The translations under genes were made by a program, and so were the position numbers. From an uncultured delta proteobacterium (lineage in GTDB: Bacteria; Desulfobacterota; Binatia; UBA9968), in NCBI GenBank assembly GCA_963771465.1, contig CAVYTU010000014.1:288001-352000 (forward strand): a stretch of DNA of 64,000 nt, given 5' to 3'. The number at the start of each line of letters is the position of its first letter. Position 1 is the first letter of the stretch. Below the pieces are notes generated by a model. It searched no databases and was not told the DNA's origin. It saw only the letters and a program-made list of their open reading frames with translations. Positions 1 through 11,570 of this stretch are shown piece by piece.

Positions 1-3000
1 GGCGAGCGGCTGATGATGCCGAGCACCTCAGACGTCGCCGTCTGATGCTCCAGCGCCTCGCGCAATTCCGCGTTGCGTTCTTGGATCTCTTTGAACAGTC
101 GAACATTCTCGATGGCGATGACGGCTTGAGCGGCAAAGGTTTCGAGCAATGCTGATTTGCTTCTCTGTGAACGGGCGGACTTCCATTCGGCGAATATCAA
201 TCGTCCCGATGGGGATGCCCTCGCGCAGCAACGGCGTCGCAAGGCGGTCCGAACGCCGACGACTTCTGGCGAAGCTGCGCTCCGGAAATTCGTCTCGGCA
301 CTGCTGCCAGATCATGAATATGAATTGTTTGCCGGTCGATCATGGCTCGGCCTGCCGACATGATCACGGTTGATTCGAGTTGGTTCCAGATTCCCCGTTC
401 CGGCAACGGCCCGTAATTCGCCACGAGTCGTGAGGCGTCGCCATCAATGCGAGTGAATGACCGCGTCGGTTGCATCACATAGCCGCGCTGCGTTCTCGGC
501 AACAACGTCCAGCACCGGCTGAATATCCGTCGGCGAGCTGGCGATGACGCCCAAGATTTCGCTCGTCGCCGTCTGCTGCTCCAAAGACTCCTTGAGCTCG
601 TTGAACAGCCGAACGTTCTCGATGGCGATCACCGCTTGATCGGCGAAGGTTTCGAGTAGCTTGATCTGCGCCGGGGTGAAGGGACGTACTTCCATACGAC
701 GCGCGACCAGTGTCGCCAATGAGTTCGCCCTGCTGACGAAGGGGAACGCCTAAAAAAGTGCGCAATCCGCTGACCGAACCCACTCTTGGGAAATCAGTTC
801 TGCGCGCGGACGATCGGGAATATGGAGCGTGCCGTGCTCACGTATCCAGCGAAATCGCGGTTCATCAATACTGCCCTCGGCACGGGCGATAGGTATGGGA
901 CCAAAATGAGCCCGCGAACCATTGCTTCCCCTCACGGAGTCGCAGAAGAACGTCATCGATCCCACACACCCGCGCCGCGCTCTCGACAATGGCATCCAGC
1001 ACCGGCTGCACGTCTGTCGGCGAGCGGCTGATGATGCCGAGCACCTCGGACGTCGCCGTCTGATGTTCCAGCGCCTCGCGCAATTCCGCGTTGCGCTCCT
1101 GGATCTCTTTGAACAAACGGACATTCTCGATGGCGATCACCGCCTGATCGGCAAAAGTTTTAACAAGAGAGATTTGCTTTTCGATGAACGGATCAACTAC
1201 GTTCGGCGAATGAGAATCGCTCCAATCGCAACACCTTCGCGCATTAGTGGAACAGCAAGTGATCGATCACGTTCTCGACAGCGTCATCCTGAATAGGCCT
1301 CGGAAACTCAGCCGCGGCTACAGACAGATCGTCAATATGGACGGTCTGCCCTCGACAACGGCTCTGCCGGTCCGAAGCACTCGATCGCGACTTGGCTAGA
1401 CCTCAGAACGGAATGGATCCATGGTGGCTACCATCGAAGCAATTTCCCATCGACTAAGATCAGAGCGTCTTTTGCCTCACACAATCGTGCGGCATTTTCA
1501 GCCACAGCGTCCAGCACAGGCTGAATATCTGTCGGCGAGCTGGCGATCACGCCCAGGATTTCGCTCGTCGCCGTCTGCTGCTCCAACGACTCCTTGAGCT
1601 CCTGGAACAACCGGACGTTCTCAATGGCGATGACGGCCTGATTCGCGAAGGTTTCCAGGAGCTTGATCTGCGCAGGCGTAAAGGGGCGTGCTTCAATACG
1701 CCGCGCGCCCAGTACCCCGATAAGTTCCCCCTGCTGGCGAAGGGGAGCAGCTAAGAGGGTGCGCCAGCGGCCACCAGTGGAATCCACCATTTGAATGTCG
1801 TTCTGCTCACGGACGTCGGGAACGTGGAGCGTGCCATGCTCATTAATCCAGCGCTGCCGTGGCTCATCCATACTGATCTCGATGCGGCCGGTGGGTATGG
1901 GACCAAAAATGAGACCGTGGTACCAAGATTGTCCCCCTCACGGAGCCGCAGCATCACGTCGTCAACACCACAAACCCTCGCCGCGCTCTCGACGATGGCA
2001 TCGAGCACCGGCTGCACGTCGGTCGGCGAGCGGCTGATGATGCCGAGCACCTCGGCCGTGGCAGTCTGATGCTCCAAGCGCCTTCCTTTGAGTTCGATGA
2101 ACAATCGCACGTTTTCGATGGCGATCACCGCCTGGTCGGCGAAGGTTTCGAGAAGCTTGATCTGCGTCGGGGTAAAGGACGCACTCGGTGCGTCGCGCGA
2201 TCAGTGCTCCAATGAGTTCCCCCTGCTGACGAAGGAGCGCTAAGAAGGTGCGGAAGTCGCCGAGCGAACCCATCGCTGGGAATTCGTTTTGTGCGCGGAC
2301 ATCGGGAATGTGGAGCGCGCCGTGCTCACGCATCCAGCGGTACTGTGGCTCATTGATACTGACTCCGACGCGGCCATGGCTATAGGACCAAAATGAGCCC
2401 GCGAAACCAAGCGTCGCCCTCGCGGAGTCGCAGAAGACGTCATCGACCCCACAAACCCGCGCGGCGCTCTCGACTATCTCGTCGAGCACCGGTTGCATAT
2501 CGGTGGGCGAGCGGCTGATGATGCCGGCCCTCGGACGTGACGTCTGATGCTCCGCGCCTCGCGCAGTTCTGCGTTGCGCTCCTGGATCTCCTTAACAGCC
2601 GCACATTCTCGATCGCGATCACCGCTTGATCCGCAAACGATTTTACCAGCTCGATTTGTCGGTCGCTAAACGGTTCGACAAGGTCGCGCCAGATCGTAAA
2701 AACCCCAATCGAGGTATCCTCACGCAACAGCGGAACCGCCAGGGCCGTTCGAGCTCCGGTCTGAGCCGCCATCGGGTGACGTTGCACTTGGGCATCCACA
2801 TCGTGGATCGGCTTTCGCTCTAGGAACGCACGACCAGACCTACTCTCGGCGCGAGGGCGGACAGGGGTTTGGAATACAGCAAGTTGTTCGGGCGACTCTC
2901 CGTAGGAGGCGACCAGGCGGAGAAATTCCCCATCATATTGACGTATGTGACCTCGCTTGGCGCCCGCGAGCTTCACTGCGCTCTCAGTGACGGCGTCGAG

Positions 3001-4266
3001 CACCGGCTGTATATCCGTGGGCGAGCTGGCGATCACTCCGAAGATGTCACTCGTTGCGGTCTGCTGCTCCAACGACTCTGTGAGTTCGTTGAATAACCGC
3101 ACGTTTTCGATAGCGATCACGGCTTGATCGGCAAAGGTTTTAACTAGCGCGACCTGTTTTTCGCTGAACGGTCTGACTTCCCTGCGCCAAGTCGTGATCA
3201 CTCCGACGAGTTTATCTTCCCGGAGCATCGGCACCGATAAGACCGTGCGGACGTTTTCTTTCTGATAAAGCTCGGACGGGTTGGGAGAAAAATCGGGATC
3301 GGATAGCAGATCCGCCACGTGCACCGTGCGCCGTTCTAACGCCGCCAACCGCGTCGTGGTCTCGTGGCTTGGGCGCGACCTGCTTTGTTCCAGATGAGCG
3401 GCAAATTCTGGCGTAGTGCCAAAACTTGCCGCCGCGTGGATTAGCTCGCCATCATATAAAAAGAGCGCGGCGATGTTGGCCTCGCACAAGCGCGTCGTGT
3501 TGGCCAGGATGGCCTCGTAAACCGGCGGCAACTCGACCGGCGAGCGCGCGATGACGTTCAATACGTCGCTTGTCGCCGTTTGCTGTTCCAACGCTTCGGT
3601 AAGTTGCACGTTAGATGCTTCGACCTCAGAGGTTCTGCGACCGAGCTCGCGGATCAGACGAGCATTCTCGATGGCGATGACAGCTTGATCGGCAAAGGTT
3701 TTGAGCAGCGTGATCTGCTGCTCCGAAAACGGCAAAACTTCCGTTCGGCGAATTGAGATCACGCCAATCGGCGACACCTCACGCATGAGCGGCACATGCA
3801 TTACCGTTCGCAGGCCCAATCGCTGATGATCGGCTTGCGCATCAGGGAACTCCGTTGGCGCTAGAGCGAGCAAGTCTTGGATGTGAATAACTTTGCGCTC
3901 AACCACCGCTCGCCCGCTGGCCGAGTTAGGATCAAGCGGGCGCTCGGCCACCGCCTCGGGAACAGGCCCGTGATGAGCGACAATTCGCAGAACATTTCCC
4001 TCAACCAGGCGAATCATCGCATCGTAGGAGCCAGACAGTCGAGCGGCGTCAGAGGCGATGACGTTCAGTACCCGATGGAGGTCCGTCGGTGCGCTGGAAA
4101 TGACGCGCAGGATCTCGCTCGTCGCGGCCTGCTGTTCCTGAGCTTGCAAAAACTCTCGCTCGCGGGACTCAAGGCGAACCGTGACGCTTTGAAGTTCTTT
4201 TGTTAGCCGGTTTAGGTCAGCGATCGTCGGAGGCTTTTTTGCCTTTTTGATTCCGCGATTCTCCAT
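1..4266 (-). CDS. Poly-GAF signal transduction protein (at least 8 tandem GAF domains; runs off the window; multiply frameshifted below ~2600)
   Basis: The unit '[22 protein letters not shown]...[15 protein letters not shown]' recurs in ORF 2440..4266 (3 copies) and in fragments 1962..2498, 1751..2128, 1428..1871, 865..1140, 444..719 and 28..315. No output domain is visible. Confidence 0.85.
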
Positions 4267-4461
4267 GTCAGCTTTCCACCGGTCTAACGGAACATACGGT
4301 ATGCGCTTACAAATTGATTGGCGAATTCACAATACCCGGCAACCCTATCTGAGCGCAAAGTTTGCTGTCAATACAACGTCAGCGGCTGATGAGTTAGCAT
4401 CAGCAGAGCAACAGGCAACCAGCTTTTCAGCCCGCAATTGCCTGCTGCTCCCAAAGGATCT

Positions 4462-5379
4462 TCAGCAAAAAGCCGGCGCCATCGCTTCAATCTGCTTTCG
4501 CCCCTCCGGCTTGATCGCTTCGACCGTGGCAAGAAAGTTCGGATGGGTCATGCCAGTGCCGAGATAGGTCCAGCGCATTCCCTTGATCATCGCCTTCGTA
4601 ATCTCTTCACGCCCACTCGGGGTAAGTTGTTTTCCCGTCGCGCGAATGAAACTGTCGACGTTGAACTCCGCTTGCTGGACGATACCGTTGTCGAGAAACA
4701 TGCCGATGTCAGCATAGTCCGCGAACGCCTTGTCGATCTCGGTAGCGGTGGCCTTCTGCGCCAAAGATTCCACCATCAAGGTATCGAGCTTGGTATGCTG
4801 GGACTCCTCCAGCCAGTGATTCTTGAGCAGCGATTTGAACTGCGAGTCCAAATCCTGATTATCTCGGACGCCCTCGAGGTAATGTCTCAAGGTTATCCAC
4901 TCGATATGGAGTATCGCGAGGGCCACTCCCAAGGCGCTATGGGAGAGCACGAATTTCGTGACGTCTTCCGCCGGGCCGATGAAGTCGCAACGGCTGCCGA
5001 AGCCATCCTCGAACGCTTGACGGAAACGCTTGAAGAGATCTATGTGCTTGGCTTCCTCGCTGGCAAATCCGAGCAAGGCTCTCACCCGGTTATCATCACC
5101 GGTGAGCTGCCCACGGGCGTGATCGATTACGTAGGGAAGAATGAATTCTTCCACCAGTCCAAACATGGCGAGATACTCGTGCCCTCGTATCTGGTTTAGT
5201 TTGATTTTTTCTGCCGGAGTCAGTGACGAAATCTCGTTAACCTGCGCCAGGGACTCCGGCATGAATGGCTTGGTAAAATCAAGTTTCTTGCCGCCGCCAA
5301 TGATGTCCTCAACCTTCCAGTTGATCCGGCTCGAAACCGCCAAAGCGGACTCATACGAATAGTTGTTCTGCATCTTCAT
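4462..5379 (-). CDS. Ferritin-like diiron protein (AurF/diiron oxygenase-like)
   Basis: Two ExxH motifs (EEAKH, EESQH) plus single Glu ligands (LVEE, HIEW); GGAGG RBS. Confidence 0.75.
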   Translation of the reverse strand: MKMQNNYSYESALAVSSRINWKVEDIIGGGKKLDFTKPFMPESLAQVNEISSLTPAEKIKLNQIRGHEYLAMFGLVEEFILPYVIDHARGQLTGDDNRVRALLGFASEEAKHIDLFKRFRQAFEDGFGSRCDFIGPAEDVTKFVLSHSALGVALAILHIEWITLRHYLEGVRDNQDLDSQFKSLLKNHWLEESQHTKLDTLMVESLAQKATATEIDKAFADYADIGMFLDNGIVQQAEFNVDSFIRATGKQLTPSGREEITKAMIKGMRWTYLGTGMTHPNFLATVEAIKPEGRKQIEAMAPAFC

Positions 5380-5407
5380 TTCCTCCCATTGTTTATCCAG
5401 TAACCCA

Positions 5408-5885
5408 CTAGGCCAGCATACGCGGGTTGATCAACATCACGGGTGAAAAGCTCGGGCGCGATGAGCGAGCGGAAGGCTGATGCCACAGTGTCGAGCAGTC
5501 TTTCAAGACAATTGCCTACTCTCGCGCGGGTGACGATCAGATGAACATCGGCCGTCACTGCGTAATCGCGTAGCGCTCTCCGCATACTGCCGGCGTAAAG
5601 ATCCACCGCCGCTTCGATGCCCTTGGCCGACAAAGCTTTCACAACCGGGGCGATTCGCTCGCTGGCTTTGCGCAGGTTGGTGTCCCAGGTGTAATAGTTA
5701 GCCAGCCTTTTCCCCTCTTCGATCGCCTTGCGACCGATCTCCTCGTGTGACCAGCGAAACCCATCCACTGGATATGGGACCATGAAGACGGCCTTCATGC
5801 CGGGTCGAACGACTTCTTCCACGTAAGGCAGCAAATCTTCCGCCCGATCGTTGCGCTTGAGCGGGACCAATATTAGTTTTTTCAT
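5408..5885 (-). CDS. Universal stress protein-like protein (probable frameshift near 5460)
   Basis: USP-like N-terminus 'ILVPL' and late 'ADVHLIV'. An alternative frame gives a plausible C-terminus PSFSPVMLINPRMLA* ending at TAG 5408-5410. AAGGAG RBS. Confidence 0.6.
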
Positions 5886-5923
5886 GGCTTGGTTCTCCTT
5901 TCGTCTGTCTTAACCCGACGTAG

Positions 5924-5940
5924 AGCAACCCGTGCGCCAA
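5924..5940 (-). promoter_or_regulatory. Sigma54 -24/-12 promoter for the USP-like gene
   Basis: Minus strand TTGGCGC-ACGGG-TTGCT (GG-N10-GC), about 40 bp upstream of the ATG. Confidence 0.75.
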
Positions 5941-6035
5941 CGCCAAATGATCTGTGGGCGTTGTGTGAAACGCATTGAATTGCCAAGGAAAAATTTTCGT
6001 GGAGATTCGGGCGAAGCACCGATGGATGCGCCGAC

Positions 6036-6085
6036 GGTAACCTTTAGATTACCAGGGAACACGCCACGGTAAGAAAATAGTTACC
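6036..6085. promoter_or_regulatory. Paired palindromic sites, candidate enhancer-binding-protein UAS
   Basis: GGTAA-N8-TTACC at 6036-6053 and 6068-6085, about 96 bp upstream of the sigma54 promoter. Confidence 0.6.
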
Positions 6086-6133
6086 CTTGCTAGCTTGGAA
6101 AGAGCGAGGTGATTGTATGTCGTCGAGATTCGA

Positions 6134-8339
6134 TCAGAACAGTAAACGGCTGAACAGCAATGATGCCGCCACGCAAACCCAATGGAGTAGGACGGAAGCA
6201 AGGACGCTCTCCGAACGCTCTCGCGCTATCCCGGACGCGATACCGAAAATGACGGCACCTACGACAATGAGAAACCATTGACTGAGTTGGATCTGGCCGC
6301 TTGAGACACTCAAGAAAAGAATAACAGACGCCCCGGCATACAGTGCGGTCGAGATTAAAGTAGGCCAGGAACGCCACCACAGACCAGCGCTTTTTTGTAT
6401 TGGCAGGCGCGCGGCAAGATCTCCGAGAATCACCCCGCGGAAAAGCAGCTCCGACCCCAGCGGAAGAATGAGCGCAAAGAGACCGGTGAATTGGAAAACG
6501 TTCTCGGATCCCATGCGGTAGGCGAGCGATCCAGGGGTCCAGACCCCGCCGATCACGGCGCCCATGAGCGCGGCGGGGAATGCGATCAGCCAGCCAAAAT
6601 CCGTAGGTGCTCGCCAACCGTAAAGTCCCGGAACTCGACGAGCCTTCAGACAATAAAGAATACCTACCGTTATGGTGAAGACTACAGCGGATAGCGGCAT
6701 CGCTTCACCCGCCATGTAGCCACGACCGCTCAGCAGGTTGGCAAAAAAACCGACGGCCAGTGCTGGCAACAATGCAGCTATAGCGAGGAACGCCGCTCGG
6801 GGGATCTCGGCAACAACATCGACAAAGGTCGGCTTCGAAAAAGCCTCCCGCACCGCTTCAATGATCTGAGCCGGAGTCAGACCCGTTCCAGTCTTGCGCG
6901 GAGAAACGCCGCTCTCGGTTGAGCCGCTCCAGCGGTTTTCAGAGCCACCTCTGGCGGCCGGGTCGACGAGATTCAAACGCTCATACGCTCGCTCGAGCGT
7001 TGCGGGAAGGCTCCGATCGATTTGACGCAGCCGATAGCTCGAGGCAGAATTTTGAAATATCAGTAATCCCAATCGCTGCCCGTAAGTCCTTTGAAGCTGC
7101 CGTTCGACTTCATCCGTACTGGCGTCCGAACGGCAGGCGACGGCGACAGAGCCGTTGGCAATTTCAGCTCGCGCCAGTTCGTCAATTTCATGCAGCTCGG
7201 CAAAATTCTCGGGCGCATAGACCAGCTCGTCGACGGCAGACAGGCGGTCGGCAATATATTCCAGCAGATCGGTTTCCGACCACCGTCCATGGCTTTTGAG
7301 GACGACTTCTTGCTGTTGTAACTGTTTCAACATTGCGGCGGTTGAATGGAGCAGCTCCGGCGTAAGCGCGGCTAGGTCTCGGGCTTCAAGACCGTGCGCA
7401 TCGATAATACCTTGGAGACGCAACAGGGGCATAATCCTGGCACGAACTTCAGCGTCATCGTTGAGACGGAGGTGATTGAAAAGTACCCAGAGGGCAAAAA
7501 TAGTGTCTAGGTCGGCATCATTGGCGAACACGACCCAGTCGCGCTTGCGCAGGTCGAGACCCTTGCGAATCAATATCATCGCCTGTTCGCAAGTGGCCAA
7601 GGATCGAATACAACCGTCGGCATGGTCGAGGTTGTAGAGATCCTTCTGAACGTCGACGAATGGCTCGCCCTGGGCTGCACCGTCGAGAAAAATGGCGCCC
7701 GGTGCGGTGATTGCGCGCGCGCTTGGCAGATATCGCTATGCCGCGTTCGGCGCGAACCATGACCGTGGGCGCTTCCGCGCACGTGAGCACCTTTGCCTGA
7801 GCATCGCTTCTGATTCGATAGCGATTCGGGACCGCTGAAATCTTCGCTCTCTCGGGCGACGACACACTCGGTGTGGAATCAATGCCAAACTTCCAATCAT
7901 CATCATTGGTGATTGATCCCGGCTGATATTTCGGGAAGTCGACCGTAACTTCGGCTGTAGCGCCATTGGCGCGCCGTTCGCGCTCAAGGAGCAGCCTGTG
8001 GGCTTCCTCGAGAGACCGGCACGGAAGCAAAGCGTCTCGGATGTAGTGGTCGGAATCATCAGAGCGTTCTTTCGTCGGTGAAAACATCGCCGTTAGCTTG
8101 TGAATATAATCGCTGTAACCTCCAGCTCTAATCGGATTGTATTGCCAGACAGTTTGCCATGGGACCACGCCGCCTAAAATTAGCCGTACGAGTTCGACGG
8201 AAGGGGCCGGCATACCCGCGATCAGCACAAGCGCTTGCTCGCCGCTGGCAAATTTAAGCTGATAGAAGCGTCGGCGTTCGATGAAATGACGCAGGACCCG
8301 CAGGGCAGGACCAATTCCTGTTTCCATTCCAGTGATCAT
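6134..8339 (-). CDS. Large fusion protein: soluble DHH-like domain plus C-terminal CPBP (CAAX/Abi) membrane domain; one frameshift near 7710
   Basis: ORFs 7518..8339 and 6134..7600 join through ...TAPGAIFLDGAAQGEPFVDVQKDLYNLDHADGC. The C-terminus has several TM helices with 'SELLFRG' and 'SVLASVLLHW'. Confidence 0.7.
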
Positions 8340-8450
8340 CTTTGCTTCTCCGGTTTGGTTAATCGTATCTAGTCAGTGAGCCAACTCCCGTTAGCTCCGT
8401 ACCACTAAAAACCCCGCGGCTAAATTTTTGGGGCTGTCACGAACATTCCC

Positions 8451-8466
8451 AGCAATGCTTATGCCT
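8451..8466 (-). promoter_or_regulatory. Sigma54 promoter for the CPBP fusion gene
   Basis: Minus strand AGGCAT-AAGCA-TTGCT (GG-N10-GC). Confidence 0.6.
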
Positions 8467-8879
8467 CGAACGGGTTCCTTTGACAGGACTGGGTAAAACG
8501 CACACAAGAGCATCAATACAGGGCAACAGCTGACATCAGTCCATCGCTACAAGGACGGATAAGTGTAAAATCGTGCGAAAATGTGCTGCCGTTGATCTCG
8601 ACCTTTCGGCGGTGTCAAAGCAACGCGAGCATCACTGAAGTCTCAACTTTGCTTTGGTCTCATGACAAATGGCGTGCTCGCTTAAACAGCGCCACAAAAG
8701 CAAGCAGCCAATCGAGTTTGTCGCTAGGTTGGTGCGGGTGACGGCGGTGGCTCGATAACGTTACTGGCAATTCGACTTTGCCAAAGCAAAAAAACAACTT
8801 GTAAATCTTTAACGTTCTTAGTATGTGGAGTTTCGCGCTTTGCCGTATTATTAACGGACGAACTTCAACAGGAGACGCT

Positions 8880-10097
8880 ATGAAAAAGATTTACCTGGCG
8901 GCTTTTCTTCTGTTCCCCCTTCTCACGCTCATCCTCGGCTCGCCCAGTCCAGCACACTCGCAGTTCACCTGGCCACAAATTTGTGAACAAGGTTCGCTGC
9001 CGAGCCACGATCCAAAAAATCCAGCGGATCAGTTGATCGTCATTTGCATTCCACCCAATTGGAATGGCCGATTAGTCATTTATGCGCATGGTTTCGTGCC
9101 TGAGCAGGCGCCGCTGGAACTGCCTAGCGAGGAACTCACTCTGGCCGATGGAACCTTCGTCCCCAACCTGTTTTTGGCGCAGGGATTCGCCTTTGCCACC
9201 AGCAGTTTTCACAAAAATGGCGTGGCGATTGAACAGGGAGCCGAAGATCTAAACAAGCTGCTCCAATATTTTAGATCCGTGGTCCCGCCTCAGTCGCTGC
9301 AAAAGGTATTCATCACGGGCGCCTCGGAAGGCGGCCTGATCGCGCTCCTGCTGCTTGAGCGATATCCGGGAAAATACGATGCGGGCCTGGCGCTATGCGC
9401 GCCGGTCGGCGGAACACCCGACTTGATCAGGCATGCCTATGACTTTCGAGTGGTATTTGATTATTTTTTTCCAACTGTGTTCACGTTCCCACCAAATCAA
9501 CCTGGAGAGCAGCCGTTCGGTGCGGTTGACGTTCCGGAAAATGCGTTCCTATTTTGGGAGTCTGTCTACATACCGCGCATCATTGCGGCGTTACAGAGCG
9601 ACCCGCTAGCGACTGCGCAACTCTTTAATGTTACCAAGGCAGCCATTGATGTGGCGGACCCAGCGTCCGTTATTACAACCGCTCTTAGTCTGTTGTTCTA
9701 CAGTATCTTCGCCACCAACGATCAGATCGCCACCGCAGGTGGGATACTCTACGACAACAGCTCAACGATCTACGTGGGATCGACCAACAACGCGGAGTTG
9801 AATGCTGAAGTGGAGCGGGTCGAGTCTGATGGGCGGGCGCGCGCTTACGCACGGCGATTTTATGAACCCAGTGGAAATTTGCACACGCCGTTGGTGACGC
9901 TCCACACCACCCTCGATGCAGTGGTACCCTTTCAACAGGAGGTGAACTACAGCAATCTGGTGGCCCAAAAAGGTAATAGCGCATTCTTAAGTGTCGTGCC
10001 GGTGCCGCGGTATGGCCACTGCAACTTTACTTCCCAAGAAATCTTTCAGGCGATCACACTGATGGTGCAGCAGGCCGAAGCACAGCTGGTCAATTAA
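8880..10097 (+). CDS. Secreted alpha/beta hydrolase
   Basis: Signal peptide MKKIYLAAFLL..., oxyanion 'YAHGF', nucleophile GASEGG, 'DAVVP' and 'YGHCNF'; GGAG RBS. Confidence 0.85.
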   Translation: MKKIYLAAFLLFPLLTLILGSPSPAHSQFTWPQICEQGSLPSHDPKNPADQLIVICIPPNWNGRLVIYAHGFVPEQAPLELPSEELTLADGTFVPNLFLAQGFAFATSSFHKNGVAIEQGAEDLNKLLQYFRSVVPPQSLQKVFITGASEGGLIALLLLERYPGKYDAGLALCAPVGGTPDLIRHAYDFRVVFDYFFPTVFTFPPNQPGEQPFGAVDVPENAFLFWESVYIPRIIAALQSDPLATAQLFNVTKAAIDVADPASVITTALSLLFYSIFATNDQIATAGGILYDNSSTIYVGSTNNAELNAEVERVESDGRARAYARRFYEPSGNLHTPLVTLHTTLDAVVPFQQEVNYSNLVAQKGNSAFLSVVPVPRYGHCNFTSQEIFQAITLMVQQAEAQLVN

Positions 10098-10485
10098 TCT
10101 TTATTGAAGAATCGACGGGATGTACCAGCCAGTAGGTTCGTGATATTTGCCCATCGGCCACATATCGGAACCAGAGCATACGCAGCGATAGGTGCGCCAA
10201 CGTTTTCTAGCTTCTCATCGATATAAAAATTTCACGCCACAGGGTTTGATACCAGGGTTTACGCCTGAAGTTTTGAAGTGAATAAAAACGCCCCAATCCT
10301 CCCCAAAATGTAACAAGCTCATTTGCCCTCTTAAATATTCACGATTCGGCGCCCCTCGCTTGCATTACGAAGCAAGAAAACCAGGACATCGCCGCCGGAA
10401 TCGTTTAAACTATTTCCATTCTCGGCGATAATATTTCTGATGTCGAACTGCCATCGATAAGTGAGCCATTGGGGGGTGCCCGATC

Positions 10486-11570
10486 TTGAGACCAAACACT
10501 GCTAACGTTGACAAAGAGTCTGTGAGCTGGACATTGTCTTGGGAGTCAGACGGTCGTTGCAACAGTTTCACCAGAGAGGCGATCCTAGCCTGCGCGCCGC
10601 CAACTTCCGGCGTCTATGGACTCTTCAACTTCGATTGCCAAGTTTTCATCGGCGAGTCGGCGAATATCCAGGAGGCCTTGCTACGCCACGAAAGCGAAAG
10701 CGATTTTCAATCCCGGCACCTGCAGCCGACGGGGTTTACTTTTGAACCCTGCTCGGTCGAATTGTGCAGGTCCAAGGTGGATGAGCTGATCGCAAGATTC
10801 CACCCGGTGCTCCAATCCGAAGCGGCGTTAACCGAAACCTGGTCGCTGTCAAACGGCCCCATGGTGAGCGAGGTGGACGCGGACAGTAGTAAGGAGTTAG
10901 GAACCTACCCGGATCATCAGGAATTCTCCATCGATGAACGTGAAAAGCACCCGAAAGCACGCCGCCGTCTCAATTTTAAGCGGACGCAGGCTGTCGCGTT
11001 GCCAGCGATGCTTGTCGCGAGCGCGCTGGTCATTTTTTATCTTGCCAGGCCCGCCGATTATCCGATTCAACAGCTAGCGAATGGGGCGAACCCCGCCTTG
11101 AATCAAACTGCAATCGGTTTGCGACCGCCGAACGCGTCTTCGATCGACAGAGGGCTGGCAGCAGCGCGAATCAAAACGCCGGGCCAGCACCAGCAAAGCC
11201 GGACGTCCGTCCCTCTGTCTCGACTCCGAATGGCGCGGTGCGGGTTGCCGCGAAGAGTGCTTCAGCCGCGCATGAAGTAGGCGTTCAGGCGAAGACAGGT
11301 CCAATCGCTCACTCCACGGAGAGCGCCAACTCGAACAAAAAGTGGTCGGTGCAGATTTCCGCGGCGCCCGCGAAAGATATTGCCGATGGTTTGGTGCAGA
11401 GGTTAAAGGCCAAGGGTTACGACAGCTACTTGGTCCAAGCCGAGGTGAAAGGACAAACTTATTATCGCGTGCGGGTCGGACATTTCGCGGCGCGAGATCA
11501 GGCGGAATCAGTGCGCCAGTCGTTGGTGCACCAAGAGGAATATCGCGATGCGTATATCACCGGCGATTGA
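10486..11570 (+). CDS. GIY-YIG-like domain + TM helix + SPOR domain protein (frameshift near 11150-11190)
   Basis: N-terminal 'APPTSGVYGLF...VFIGESANIQEALLRH', TM 'AVALPAMLVASALVIFYLA', C-terminal SPOR 'WSVQISA...YYRVRVGHF..RDQAE'. Confidence 0.7.

Noticed and set aside
1-2650. CRISPR array or diversity-generating retroelement suggested by the repeated DNA blocks
   Set aside because: The repeats are in-frame GAF linker coding sequence with a ~0.5/1 kb period. There is no cas gene or reverse transcriptase, and no adenine-specific mismatch pattern was evident.
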